Assembly: GCA_031422195.1 (NCBI GenBank)
Contig: JANOPZ010000031.1
Span: 29,025 to 93,024 of the forward strand
Reading direction: 5' to 3'
DNA from: Limoniibacter sp.
GTDB lineage: Bacteria; Pseudomonadota; Alphaproteobacteria; Rhizobiales; Rhizobiaceae
Length of the DNA stretch: 64,000 nt
Under the pieces are notes generated by a model. That model made no database searches. It was given only the letters and a program-made list of their open reading frames with translations, and was not told where the DNA came from. Made by a program: the position numbers and the translations under genes. Below are positions 54,491 to 63,697 of this stretch, piece by piece (position 1 is the stretch's first letter; the number at the start of each line of letters is the position of its first letter).

Positions 54491-55468
54491 TTATTGGCCC
54501 CAAGAGGACGTTGTTGAATCCGGTGTTTCCGGCCACCACGAGAAGTCCACTGGCACGATGCCGTGCTTCATGCCCCAACTTGTCCAATCATCGACGACTG
54601 TGCCGGTGATGAGAATACCAATGCCACCGGTAAGGGTTGTCAACATCGCAAACCACCAAGCCCAACGGTGGATGCTTTCCATCGAAGCGTTAAAGCCCAT
54701 GGTCCATCTCCAGAATAAAGCAGCGCGTTCGGAGGCGGTGCCACGGTCGGTGATTTGTTCCAACTCGCGGTCGCCGCCATAGCGGGCTGTTGCAAGAATG
54801 GTCGCGCCGTGCATCGCAAACAGAAGCGTTGAGCCATAAAGGAACACAATCGACAAAGCGTGGAATGGGTTCCAGAATAAATTGCCCCACTGCAACGAGA
54901 AGTTATTGGTCCAATCCAGATGAGTGAAGATGCCGAAAGGAACAGCTTCGCTCCAAGATCCCATGAGAACCGGGCGGATAAAGCCAAGCACCAAGAACAG
55001 CCATATAGCGGCGGCGAAAGCTGCGCAAACATGAAGCCCGAGACCAAGAGCCACTGCACGGCGATACATCCGGGTCCACCAGAGCAGAATTGAGGCTGTC
55101 AGGAAGAAACCGGCAATCATCCACCAGCCGCCTTCTTTCAGCGGTGGCATGACGCGCAGACCATGTTCTGCCAACGGCGGATCAAGCGACAACCAAGGCA
55201 GTTCAAGAACGAACCGAACCGGGTTAAAATTCACTTGTGCCCACATATTGAGGCCGATGGTGACAAAGGCGACAACAAAACAGGCAATTGACGCCACACC
55301 CAAAAAGCCAAGATACATTGGCCCGATTTGTGCGTTGCCGACGCGGCCCATCAAATAGTTGAAGCTGCCCGTTCCGGCCCGTTCACCATTGTCTCGCCCG
55401 ATTGACACACCTGCTTCAAGCGGCCCGCGAACTTGGATGTCAGTGAAGATATTTTGATAATTATTCAT
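54491..55468 (-). CDS. pufM: photosynthetic reaction centre M subunit (long C-terminal form)
   Basis: 325 aa with [37 protein letters not shown] and [15 protein letters not shown]. The C-terminus extends 22 aa past the WGMKHG block. Confidence 0.95.
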   Translation of the reverse strand: MNNYQNIFTDIQVRGPLEAGVSIGRDNGERAGTGSFNYLMGRVGNAQIGPMYLGFLGVASIACFVVAFVTIGLNMWAQVNFNPVRFVLELPWLSLDPPLAEHGLRVMPPLKEGGWWMIAGFFLTASILLWWTRMYRRAVALGLGLHVCAAFAAAIWLFLVLGFIRPVLMGSWSEAVPFGIFTHLDWTNNFSLQWGNLFWNPFHALSIVFLYGSTLLFAMHGATILATARYGGDRELEQITDRGTASERAALFWRWTMGFNASMESIHRWAWWFAMLTTLTGGIGILITGTVVDDWTSWGMKHGIVPVDFSWWPETPDSTTSSWGQ

Positions 55469-55483
55469 GATGTAATCCCCCTG

Positions 55484-56338
55484 TTATCCTGCAACCCCGC
55501 CCCAGACATAGAACTGGCGCAATGGTTCCCACCAATCGATCCATGAACCGGCATAGACCGGGCCTGAGATAAAGATACAAACCGCACTCCAGAAACCAGC
55601 ATTCAAGGCCAGCAGTAGACCAACACGGTGAATGCCGAGTGTGCCAACTGAGTAGCCGATGGTGTCGCGGAAATAGGTGTCTTCATATTCAGGCTGACGC
55701 ACTTCAGGAGTTTCGCCGAAAGAAGTATGGCTCTTTGGGTTAACTGCTGAAAGGATCATGCCGCCATGCAAAGCGAGTGCAAGCGTGGTGGTGAAAAAGA
55801 ACGTAATCGCAATCATATGGGCCGGATTATAATGGAAATTACCATACTGGTAACCCGTATTCCAAACCCAGTTTAGATGGCTGAAAATACCATAAGGAAA
55901 GCCGTGGCCCCAAGCGCCAAGTGCTAATGGGCGGAAAACAACCAGGGTCACATAGGCGAAAATTGCCACCGCGAAAGCAACCGGAACATGGTAGCCCATG
56001 CCAAGTTTGCGGCAGATTTCAACTTCACGAAGGGCCCAAGAAACAAAAGTTGCAATGGCGCAAATTGTGATAATTTGCCATAGCCCGCCCTCATTTAATG
56101 GTGCCAAGCCGAGGCCATATTTAATGTCCGGCGGATTTATTGAAATAAGCCAAATATTCCATGTCGGGCCTAGGGCCGCGCCATAGATGATCAGCAATGT
56201 GCCAAGGAGACCAAAGAACGCACCGGTTACGCCAAAGAAACCGACGTAAAATGGCCCGACCCAAAAGTCGAATAGATTGCCACCGACAAGCGTTCCGCCT
56301 CGGATGCGGTATTTTCGTTCAAAACTAAGCAGGGCCAT
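55484..56338 (-). CDS. pufL: photosynthetic reaction centre L subunit
   Basis: The [36 protein letters not shown] hallmark N-terminus and [15 protein letters not shown]. 284 aa. Confidence 0.95.
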   Translation of the reverse strand: MALLSFERKYRIRGGTLVGGNLFDFWVGPFYVGFFGVTGAFFGLLGTLLIIYGAALGPTWNIWLISINPPDIKYGLGLAPLNEGGLWQIITICAIATFVSWALREVEICRKLGMGYHVPVAFAVAIFAYVTLVVFRPLALGAWGHGFPYGIFSHLNWVWNTGYQYGNFHYNPAHMIAITFFFTTTLALALHGGMILSAVNPKSHTSFGETPEVRQPEYEDTYFRDTIGYSVGTLGIHRVGLLLALNAGFWSAVCIFISGPVYAGSWIDWWEPLRQFYVWGGVAG

Positions 56339-56377
56339 AATCCAACCTCCGAAGAATGGGCATTGATTGGGTGAAAC

Positions 56378-56399
56378 CCACCCGCAATATTGCGGGTGG
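56378..56399 (-). other. intercistronic pufA-pufL mRNA hairpin
   Basis: CCACCCGCAATATTGCGGGTGG is a perfect 22-nt palindrome (9-11 bp stem) in the 140-nt pufA-pufL spacer. Its position matches the stabilising hairpins known from Rhodobacter puf mRNA. Confidence 0.6.
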
Positions 56400-56478
56400 A
56401 TTTAGTTAGACTTCGGCTTCGGGCAGGGCAGCCAAAGTGGGTTTGGCAGGAGCCCGTCCGAAACCAATGTTAAAGCGA

Positions 56479-56664
56479 TCAACCGATAACCGGCAGCTCG
56501 ACAGTTTGTTCGATAGAGGCAGCTTGCGTCGCTGCAATTTCAAACCAGTTATAACGTGCTGTGCTGAGCAGAATGAAGTGAATCATCGCTGCAAGGGCAA
56601 ACAGAAACACGGCTTGAACGACCAGCGTTTTGCGCGGGTCAAAGACCATCCAGATTCTCCACAT
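56479..56664 (-). CDS. pufA: light-harvesting 1 (B870) alpha polypeptide
   Basis: [42 protein letters not shown] is the classic LH1-alpha pattern with the BChl-ligating His in IHFILLST. Confidence 0.95.
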   Translation of the reverse strand: MWRIWMVFDPRKTLVVQAVFLFALAAMIHFILLSTARYNWFEIAATQAASIEQTVELPVIG

Positions 56665-56676
56665 GGTGCTTCTCCC

Positions 56677-56829
56677 TCACACAATCCAAGGACGCCAGAT
56701 GAACACGAGAACGTGCGCAACGACGGCTATGGCTGTAAACATGAACATGCCTTGCAAATAAAAGCGGTGAAACTCTTGGGCTTCGCCTTCGGACAAACCC
56801 GAAAGTGAAACGGTATTAGGACTGGACAT
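56677..56829 (-). CDS. pufB: light-harvesting 1 (B870) beta polypeptide
   Basis: Not in the ORF track (50 aa). My translation is [50 protein letters not shown]. An AGGAGG RBS lies 7 nt upstream. The EFH and AVVAH..W.WRPW motifs are LH-beta signatures. It ends 12 nt before pufA. Confidence 0.9.
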   Translation of the reverse strand: MSSPNTVSLSGLSEGEAQEFHRFYLQGMFMFTAIAVVAHVLVFIWRPWIV

Positions 56830-56851
56830 AACTGACCTCCTAGTCACAGGC

Positions 56852-56868
56852 GCTGCGGGCCCCGCAGC
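56852..56868 (-). other. GC-rich hairpin in the pufB 5' leader
   Basis: GCTGCGGG/CCCGCAGC inverted repeat 23-39 nt upstream of the pufB ATG. It is comparable in position to the 5' pufBA hairpins of Rhodobacter. Confidence 0.45.
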
Positions 56869-57010
56869 AGGGTTTTTCCCTTATTTTCTGACGAAACATC
56901 AGGGCGATATTCACCGGGTTGGACTCCGGCAAAACTCATGTGGAGGCACATATTTTATGCCTCGCAAATTCTTAGATCGCAGGGGCAAAGTCCCCATACG
57001 AAAACTGTAT

Positions 57011-57244
57011 TCAGCCATGAAACGCGTAGCCTGCCGCAGCATGGGCTGCGGCACGGGCTTCGGTAATACATGACATGTAAGACGCTCCTTTTGGCGCGCG
57101 GCCGGATATGCGGCGCGCAGCAAAACCGAGCAAACAAACTGCAAATGAAATTGCGACAATGACGCGGAACTCAATGGTTTCGCCCATTGATTTGCGGTTG
57201 CTACGCCGTTTGCTTTGGTAGGCTGATACAGAAACTTCACTCAT
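57011..57244 (-). CDS. pufQ: PufQ-like small membrane protein
   Basis: 77 aa from ATG 57244 (GAAGGA upstream), lying between bchZ and pufB. It has a basic N-terminus, one TM segment preceded by EF (IEFRVIVAISFAVCLLGFAA), and then ...ITEAR... The layout and length are like Rhodobacter PufQ as recalled. Confidence 0.55.
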   Translation of the reverse strand: MSEVSVSAYQSKRRSNRKSMGETIEFRVIVAISFAVCLLGFAARRISGRAPKGASYMSCITEARAAAHAAAGYAFHG

Positions 57245-57291
57245 GGTCGGTGTTCCTTCTGAGAATTTGTCTGAATTGATTGAGAAGCTAC

Positions 57292-58746
57292 TCATACTTT
57301 TTGTCCGTAAAGCTGGCCGCGGCGTGCGCCGGTAACGTGGTGCGGTTCAACACGTAGCATGCCTTCGCGGCGGGCATAATGTTCTGCAGAATCACGCAAG
57401 CGTTTGGCAGCTGAAATGCGGGCAATCACGGGTTCATGATCAACGGCTTCATCAAGAGCCTGCTGTGCTTCAAGCGACCAAGCAATGGTTTTGCGGGCCG
57501 GTGTCGGCTCAACGGCATCCATCTCAGTCCCGAGCGGAATGATATTGAACAATGTATCAAACAGCGCATTGCAAATTTCTTGGATCAGCCAAGTTGCGCC
57601 CGAATAACCCATGATTGGCGTGCCCGGATGGCGGCGAATTATAGCGCCGGGAAATGACACCGGAATATAGCTGGCTTTAGACCCGGCTTCCGCCAAATAC
57701 ATGCGCTCATTAAATGAGCCGAACATGACCATGGGCGCTTTGGCTTTTATCGCAGCGCGGATGGCTTCATTGTCTGGTTTAATGCCGGGTTTGCGCTGGA
57801 ACGAAAACGCAAGTGGGAGGCCCATTTCCTCGGTGAGAAAATTGCGGATGCCGCGCTCGTAGGTTTCGGTGGCGACAACGGCATAGGTTGATGACGCAAA
57901 GAAATCCTGCGTGACCGAGCGCCATAAATCCCACATGGGTTTTAACGTCGTATGTTTTTCGCGCTCAATAAACGGTTCAGGGTCAAGGCCGAGCATATCG
58001 CCAAGGGTGCGCAAAAACGCGGTGGTTGAGTGCATACCGATCGGCGCTTGCAAATAAGGCCGGTCGAGCGCCTCGCAAAGCAGCCTTCCAAATTCGCGAT
58101 AGAGGCAAATATTGACTTCGCCATCAGCCAATTTGCTGACATCTGCCAAATGGCTGCCAAGCGGGAAAGTCATATTCACTTCAGCGCCAATACCTTCAAC
58201 AAGACGGCGGATTTCAGCCAAATCGGACGGCATGTTAAACGTGCCGTAGATTGCGCCCAAAATGTTGACCTTGGGTTTTGCGCCTTCTTTACGGGCGCGG
58301 AGCGGCAGCACGCGGCCTTTCTTGGGGCCGTATTCTGTCCAAAGCCATTTCAGCGCGCGGTCAGCTGACTGCCATTGATCTTCATCAATGGTGCGTGGCA
58401 AAAAGCGCTGAATGTTCATGCCTTCGGGCGTCACGCCGCCACCAATCATTTCGGCAATGGAACCAGTCACAACAACCGCAGGCAAATTAGGGTCAAGCAC
58501 CGCGCGGGCATTGCGCATGGATTGCTCCGTGCCATGCTGGCCAAGTTCATCTTCGCCAAGGCCCGTGACAACGATTGGCAATTCATGCGGCGGCAATGCA
58601 TCTGTGTAATGCAGCACAGAAGTGACAGGCAGGTTTTCGCAACCAACCGGCCCATCAATAATGACTTGCAGGCCTTTGATGGCGGCAAACACATAGACCG
58701 AGCCCCAGTAGCCACCAGCACGATCATGGTCGATGACAAGTGTCAT
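57292..58746 (-). CDS. bchZ: chlorophyllide a reductase subunit Z
   Basis: NifK-like, 484 aa from ATG 58746 (GGAGGTG RBS 7 nt upstream). N-terminus [38 protein letters not shown]. Confidence 0.9.
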   Translation of the reverse strand: MTLVIDHDRAGGYWGSVYVFAAIKGLQVIIDGPVGCENLPVTSVLHYTDALPPHELPIVVTGLGEDELGQHGTEQSMRNARAVLDPNLPAVVVTGSIAEMIGGGVTPEGMNIQRFLPRTIDEDQWQSADRALKWLWTEYGPKKGRVLPLRARKEGAKPKVNILGAIYGTFNMPSDLAEIRRLVEGIGAEVNMTFPLGSHLADVSKLADGEVNICLYREFGRLLCEALDRPYLQAPIGMHSTTAFLRTLGDMLGLDPEPFIEREKHTTLKPMWDLWRSVTQDFFASSTYAVVATETYERGIRNFLTEEMGLPLAFSFQRKPGIKPDNEAIRAAIKAKAPMVMFGSFNERMYLAEAGSKASYIPVSFPGAIIRRHPGTPIMGYSGATWLIQEICNALFDTLFNIIPLGTEMDAVEPTPARKTIAWSLEAQQALDEAVDHEPVIARISAAKRLRDSAEHYARREGMLRVEPHHVTGARRGQLYGQKV

Positions 58747-58810
58747 AACCCACCTCCGTTGGCTGTGACTGTGCAAACCAAACACTTGCGGGCATGATCA
58801 ATAACGAGCG

Positions 58811-60385
58811 TCATGTTCCCACCGCCTCGCCATTATCGACGGCATTTTTAGCCATTGCGGCTTTTGCAGCAAATTTCTTGCGGAAGGCAGGGCGATCAAC
58901 CGGAGTTTCTTCCCAGATACCGGCGTTGTCGCCTTTGCCGGTTTCACCGAAGAATTCTGACATACGGTCAAAGCGGGCTTTGTTCGATATGGCTTGATTG
59001 ATTGTGGCAGCCAAACTTGCCGGGCCAGCTGGCCCCATCAATGGCCGTGCTGAAATCAAATTTGTGAAATACAGCGAAGGGATAGAGGCTTCTTTGGCTT
59101 TTTGCACAACAGGTGTCGTGCCGATGACCAAATCAGGGGTAAAGGCGCGCATAGCGGCCAAATCCTGCTCAAGCGAAGCGCGATATTGAACATGAACGCC
59201 GCGGGCGCGCAGCCAAGCTGCATCATCAGCCGACCATTCTGTTTTAGGGCAAGCAGTACCAACATATTTTAGATCCGCGCCGCATTCGACCAGCAAGCGC
59301 GCCACCAACAACTCAGAACCTTCATAGCCCGATAATGTAATTGTGCCCTTGATAGGGTTGGCTGCAATTGCGGTTTTGATAGCGCCGCCGAACATGTTGC
59401 GCGCAGCATCAATTTTATCTTGATCAACATGACAGGCTTTGCCGATGGCTTGAAGCCATGAATCTGTGCCTTCAGCGCCAACAGGAGCCGAACCTACTAT
59501 CGGGCGGCCAGCGTTTTTGAAGACGCGAACAGAGGCAGTATAAAACGGATGGATCGCAGCAACGGCTGCACAATCTAGCGCACCATAAAGTTCGCGCCAT
59601 TCGCGCACAGGCACAACCGGTCCGCAAGCCAAGCCCATGGGTTCAAGCATTGCACCAATAATCACTGGGTCTGCTGGAAAGACTTCGCCGAGCAATGTAA
59701 TGGTTGGTTTTTCAGACACACCGCCCCGAGGGGCTTGTACCGGACCCGCTGCAACCTCTTCGCTGGCATATTGCAGCATTGCACCAGACAAAACATCTTT
59801 GGCTTCAGCATGGGTTGGCACACCAAACCCCGGCACATCAATGCCAACAATGCGTACGCCGTTAATTTCACGCGGCAGGGAACGCAGCGGTACGCCAGAA
59901 GCAGTTGGCACACAAAGATTGGTCACGATAACAGCATCATATAATTCAGGGTCGGCCTGCAAGTGCACAGCATCACGAATATCTTCGTAAAGTTTGCCTG
60001 TGACGAGGCTTTCAGAATTAAACGGCACATAGCCGACTGAGCGTTTAGCGCCGTAAAAATGCGAGGTAAATGTCAAACCATAAACGCAGCAGGCCGAACC
60101 TGACAAAATAGTGGCGACACGGCGCATGCGGAGGCCAACGCGCAGTGACCCGAACGCCGGGCACATTGATTGTGGTTGCTCATGCGGGCCTTTTGGATAA
60201 TCAGCGGCAAATTGCGCAAGCAATTCACCATTACCGGCAGCAATAGCGGCGGCTTTGAGTTGCTCAGCACCGGAATGGCAACCCACTCCTACACTTGCAC
60301 CCTCAACGGCAGAACCGGAAACAGCAGCTTCAACAGCAGCGCTTTCCATTTCGCCAATGGCGCCAGCTTGCCCGAGTTCATCCAT
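58811..60385 (-). CDS. bchY: chlorophyllide a reductase subunit Y
   Basis: NifD-like with the CPAFGSLRVGLRMRR and SGSACCVYGLTF blocks. ATG 60385 with an AGGAG RBS is preferred. TTG 60427, overlapping the bchX stop, is the alternative. Confidence 0.9.
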   Translation of the reverse strand: MDELGQAGAIGEMESAAVEAAVSGSAVEGASVGVGCHSGAEQLKAAAIAAGNGELLAQFAADYPKGPHEQPQSMCPAFGSLRVGLRMRRVATILSGSACCVYGLTFTSHFYGAKRSVGYVPFNSESLVTGKLYEDIRDAVHLQADPELYDAVIVTNLCVPTASGVPLRSLPREINGVRIVGIDVPGFGVPTHAEAKDVLSGAMLQYASEEVAAGPVQAPRGGVSEKPTITLLGEVFPADPVIIGAMLEPMGLACGPVVPVREWRELYGALDCAAVAAIHPFYTASVRVFKNAGRPIVGSAPVGAEGTDSWLQAIGKACHVDQDKIDAARNMFGGAIKTAIAANPIKGTITLSGYEGSELLVARLLVECGADLKYVGTACPKTEWSADDAAWLRARGVHVQYRASLEQDLAAMRAFTPDLVIGTTPVVQKAKEASIPSLYFTNLISARPLMGPAGPASLAATINQAISNKARFDRMSEFFGETGKGDNAGIWEETPVDRPAFRKKFAAKAAMAKNAVDNGEAVGT

Positions 60386-60423
60386 GACGAACTCCTGCAA
60401 CACAGACCAAAACTGAGCCTGTT

Positions 60424-61434
60424 TCAAACCGCATCATAAACCACCTCAAGTGAAGGCCGGTTGATTGTGTTGGCAGCACACATATCTTCAATAGTTGCTG
60501 GAACCAGTTTGAAATTACCACCTGTCAATGAGTCATCAAATAGGCCAAGCAGGCCGTCCGGTGTCATTGGATTTGGGCGGTGAGGAATGCTTGCCCCGAG
60601 TGCAGTTGCCAAACCTTCGAACAACGGGCCCCAACGCGTGCCGGGTGTGCCGATGATTTGATAGTTGGCGCTTTTGCGGCGGATGTCTTCGTCTTGCGGC
60701 ACAGAGGCCAAGATCGGGATGCCAACGGCTTCAGCAAAAGCAGCAGCTTCGCCGGTGCCATCATCCTTGTTGATCACCATGCCAGCAACGCCAACATTGC
60801 CGCCGAGTTTGCGGAAATACTCGACCGCTGAGCAGACGTTGTTGGCGACATAAAGTGATTGCAAATCATTGGAGCCAACGACAACAACTTTTTGGCACAT
60901 ATCGCGGGCTATCGGCAGGCCAAAGCCGCCGCACACCACGTCGCCCAAAAAGTCGAGGAGCACATAGTCAAAATCCCACTCGTGAAAACCGAGTTTTTCA
61001 AGGATTTCAAAACCATGGATAATGCCGCGTCCGCCGCAACCACGGCCAACTTCCGGCCCGCCAAGCTCCATGGCGTAAACGCCATCACGCTTGAAGCAAA
61101 CGTCGCCGATTTTAACTTCCTCGCCGGCTTCTTTCTTTTTAGAAGACGTGGCAATGATGGTGGGGCAGGCTTTGCCGCCAAACAAAAGAGATGTTGTGTC
61201 TGATTTGGGATCGCAGCCGATTAACAAAACCTTTTTGCCGAGCTGAGCCAGCATATATGACAGATTGGCAAGCGTGAAACTTTTGCCAATGCCACCTTTG
61301 CCATAAATGGCAATGATCTGGGTCTCCTTTTTGACTTCGCCGATTAAAGGCGCATCGGGCTCTTGTGAGGCCTCGTCGCGCAAACGCTCAGAATAGCTTA
61401 GCGAAATTCCATTGTCTTCAAGTACTGCGCTCAT
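60424..61434 (-). CDS. bchX: chlorophyllide a reductase iron protein subunit X
   Basis: NifH-like P-loop [18 protein letters not shown] and GPEVGRGCGGRG. ATG 61434 overlaps the bchC stop (ATGA). Confidence 0.95.
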   Translation of the reverse strand: MSAVLEDNGISLSYSERLRDEASQEPDAPLIGEVKKETQIIAIYGKGGIGKSFTLANLSYMLAQLGKKVLLIGCDPKSDTTSLLFGGKACPTIIATSSKKKEAGEEVKIGDVCFKRDGVYAMELGGPEVGRGCGGRGIIHGFEILEKLGFHEWDFDYVLLDFLGDVVCGGFGLPIARDMCQKVVVVGSNDLQSLYVANNVCSAVEYFRKLGGNVGVAGMVINKDDGTGEAAAFAEAVGIPILASVPQDEDIRRKSANYQIIGTPGTRWGPLFEGLATALGASIPHRPNPMTPDGLLGLFDDSLTGGNFKLVPATIEDMCAANTINRPSLEVVYDAV

Positions 61435-62369
61435 GCTGCAAGACCCCAATCAAGAACCATTTTTGTGCAAGACGGGTCGCGAAACGCCGTATCATAAGCC
61501 AACGCGCAATCGTCGGAGGCTGCATCATGTGAAATCAAACCGTTGAGCGACAGGTCGCCGCTATCGATCAAAGTTAAAACGGAATCGATATTGGCCGCTG
61601 TAAACTCCGCTGCAACGCGAATCGTAGCTTCGCGCATAAAGGCAGGGGCAAATGCAAACGAAAGTGGCTGCGAATAAAAACCAGCCAGAGTAACCACACC
61701 ATTGCGTGCCAGACGGCCAATCGCCAAATCAAGAATACCAGCATCGCCAGATGCATCCATAATGGAACGATAATTGCGTTTGGTATCCAACTCTGGCGCA
61801 ATAACTTCATAACCATAATTGCCTTTACGGCGCGCCGCATTGGTTTCCCAAACGACCGGAGCCTCAAGGCCCATTGCAGCTGAAATGCGCGCGATGAGAC
61901 GTCCGAAAACACCATGGCCAATAATCAATTCAACGTTGGCACCGGCAATATACAACGCGTGATACGCCGTGGCAGCCAAGCTCAATAATGTTGCATTATG
62001 ACCAAGAGATTCAGGAACACGAACCAATTTTGCCGCATCAGCAGCCAAGCAAGAAGCGGTAGCGCCAAACAAGTTTTTAACATCTGTAAAACTTTTTGCG
62101 CCCGGCACAAACACCAGATCGCCTTCATGAAATTTACCGGCCGCGCCACCTTTGGCAATACGCCCGACTGATTCATAACCTGGAACCAGTGGATACCCCA
62201 TGCCTGGAAACTCGGGCATGCTGCCATCCCAAAGCAAACGCTCTGTGCCAGTGGAAATTCCACTCCATTTCACATCAACGATACATGTGGTTTCATCGCG
62301 TTCACGCATAACCAAAGGCTTGAGAGCCAGTTGGCGAGGACGGTCAAAAACGACGGCTGTAGAGTGCAT
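61431..62369 (-). CDS. bchC: 2-desacetyl-2-hydroxyethyl bacteriochlorophyllide a dehydrogenase
   Basis: Zn-ADH/MDR fold (GISTGTERLLW, PLVPGYESVG, GHGVFGRL). 312 aa from ATG 62369. First gene of the bchCXYZ block. Confidence 0.9.
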   Translation of the reverse strand: MHSTAVVFDRPRQLALKPLVMRERDETTCIVDVKWSGISTGTERLLWDGSMPEFPGMGYPLVPGYESVGRIAKGGAAGKFHEGDLVFVPGAKSFTDVKNLFGATASCLAADAAKLVRVPESLGHNATLLSLAATAYHALYIAGANVELIIGHGVFGRLIARISAAMGLEAPVVWETNAARRKGNYGYEVIAPELDTKRNYRSIMDASGDAGILDLAIGRLARNGVVTLAGFYSQPLSFAFAPAFMREATIRVAAEFTAANIDSVLTLIDSGDLSLNGLISHDAASDDCALAYDTAFRDPSCTKMVLDWGLAA

Positions 62370-62437
62370 TGTAACCTTGGCGCGTGAACCGCGCTCCCCC
62401 AATATTTCTATCTTGAAATTAAAGAGGCAGGCAAAAA

Positions 62438-62455
62438 TGTCAAATTCAATTTACA
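62438..62455. promoter_or_regulatory. PpsR/CrtJ binding box (perfect TGT-N12-ACA), bchC-proximal
   Basis: TGTCAAATTCAATTTACA lies 69-86 nt upstream of the bchC ATG. Confidence 0.7.
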
Positions 62456-62490
62456 CTTTTGAGTGTCATGTCAGCTTGATAATAGTCTAA

Positions 62491-62508
62491 TGTCCATCGG
62501 GATTGACA
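62491..62508. promoter_or_regulatory. PpsR/CrtJ binding box (perfect TGT-N12-ACA), bchC-distal
   Basis: TGTCCATCGGGATTGACA (TGTC...GACA arms) lies 35 bp from the first box, in the crtF-bchC intergenic region. Confidence 0.7.
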
Positions 62509-62535
62509 CTCTGAAAAGGCGCAGGCTTTCATGAA

Positions 62536-63681
62536 TTAAGCGCGTGCAATCACGATGCCGGTATAAAGCGGCTGCCGGGTATAAAGCCGTGCGGCGTGGG
62601 TAAAACCGGCTTTTTTTGCCATAGCAATATGGGTTTCAGCGCTGCGGCAACGCCCTGACGCCATGGCTAAAAGATAGAATGAAAAATAGGCATTCACATG
62701 TGCCTGTGCGCCTTTGGTGCCGCCCATCGGCTCGGCAATCACCAAGACAGAGCCGGGCTGCATTGCCGCGCGAACTGCTTGCAAAATGCTCAAAGCAATA
62801 TCATCATCATGGTCATAAAGCACGCGGACCAATGTGTAACAATCGGCACCAACAGGTACAGTGCTGTCAAAAAAGCTGCCGCCTGTGACTTTGAGACGTA
62901 GCCCCAGGCCTTCGGCTTCAAGTGCTATTTTTCCCTGCGCTGCAACTGGCGGCAAATCAAAAAGATGGAGTGACGGTATCTCTGTTTGTGTGGCAACATG
63001 CGATAAGAAGCGGCCATGGCCGCCGCCAATATCCACCACTTCGCGGTAGGCGCTGAAATCGTGCACGTTCATCACTTCGCGGGCAACGGCATCTTGGCTA
63101 ACGCGCATCAGTTCGGAATAAGTACGGGCATCTTCGGGATCAATCCCAGCCGGTTCAGGGTTGGCAGAATAGGCCCAAAGCCGCGCAATGCCGGTTTCTC
63201 GAGAGCGCTGTTTTAATAGAGCAACCGGATCGGCAAGATCTGCATAAAGCAGGCTATGATGACGCACCATGGCCAGAATGCCGGGGTCGTTTGCCGCAAC
63301 CGCACCCAGATCATCCAATGCCCAAAGGCCAGGCTCAACTTCGGTCACAAGACCTAGGCTTTGGGCTGCACCAAGAAGGCGGCCAATCGCATCTTCAGAG
63401 AGACCTGTTCGCTGTGCTAGTGCCGAAACCAGCGACGGCGCGGTGTTCAAAACCTCCAAAACCCCTAAATTGACACAAGAAGCGAAGATTTGTGAATAAA
63501 CAAAGCCCGCAGTCATGCCATAAAGCGCATTGGCGCGGCTTTGAGCAAAGTGGGATAGCCCGGGAATTTTAGTGCAAAACGCCTGAAATGTTGGATTGGC
63601 AACCATGGCGCTACGCCATTGGCGAAACGTAACTTTTATCGAAGGCCTTACAAATTCACGCACGTTGTTTACCGAGGCCAT
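62536..63681 (-). CDS. crtF: demethylspheroidene / hydroxyneurosporene O-methyltransferase
   Basis: Class I SAM-dependent O-methyltransferase with a dimerisation N-domain and SAM motif VVDIGGGHG. 381 aa. Canonical crtE-crtF-bchC position. Confidence 0.85.
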   Translation of the reverse strand: MASVNNVREFVRPSIKVTFRQWRSAMVANPTFQAFCTKIPGLSHFAQSRANALYGMTAGFVYSQIFASCVNLGVLEVLNTAPSLVSALAQRTGLSEDAIGRLLGAAQSLGLVTEVEPGLWALDDLGAVAANDPGILAMVRHHSLLYADLADPVALLKQRSRETGIARLWAYSANPEPAGIDPEDARTYSELMRVSQDAVAREVMNVHDFSAYREVVDIGGGHGRFLSHVATQTEIPSLHLFDLPPVAAQGKIALEAEGLGLRLKVTGGSFFDSTVPVGADCYTLVRVLYDHDDDIALSILQAVRAAMQPGSVLVIAEPMGGTKGAQAHVNAYFSFYLLAMASGRCRSAETHIAMAKKAGFTHAARLYTRQPLYTGIVIARA

Positions 63682-63697
63682 CGTCTAAGAAATCTGA

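Noticed and set aside
56852-56880. Plus-strand rho-independent terminator (hairpin followed by GGGTTTTT)
   Set aside because: No plus-strand gene ends upstream of it. It lies in the minus-strand pufB leader, so it is reinterpreted as a 5'-UTR hairpin.
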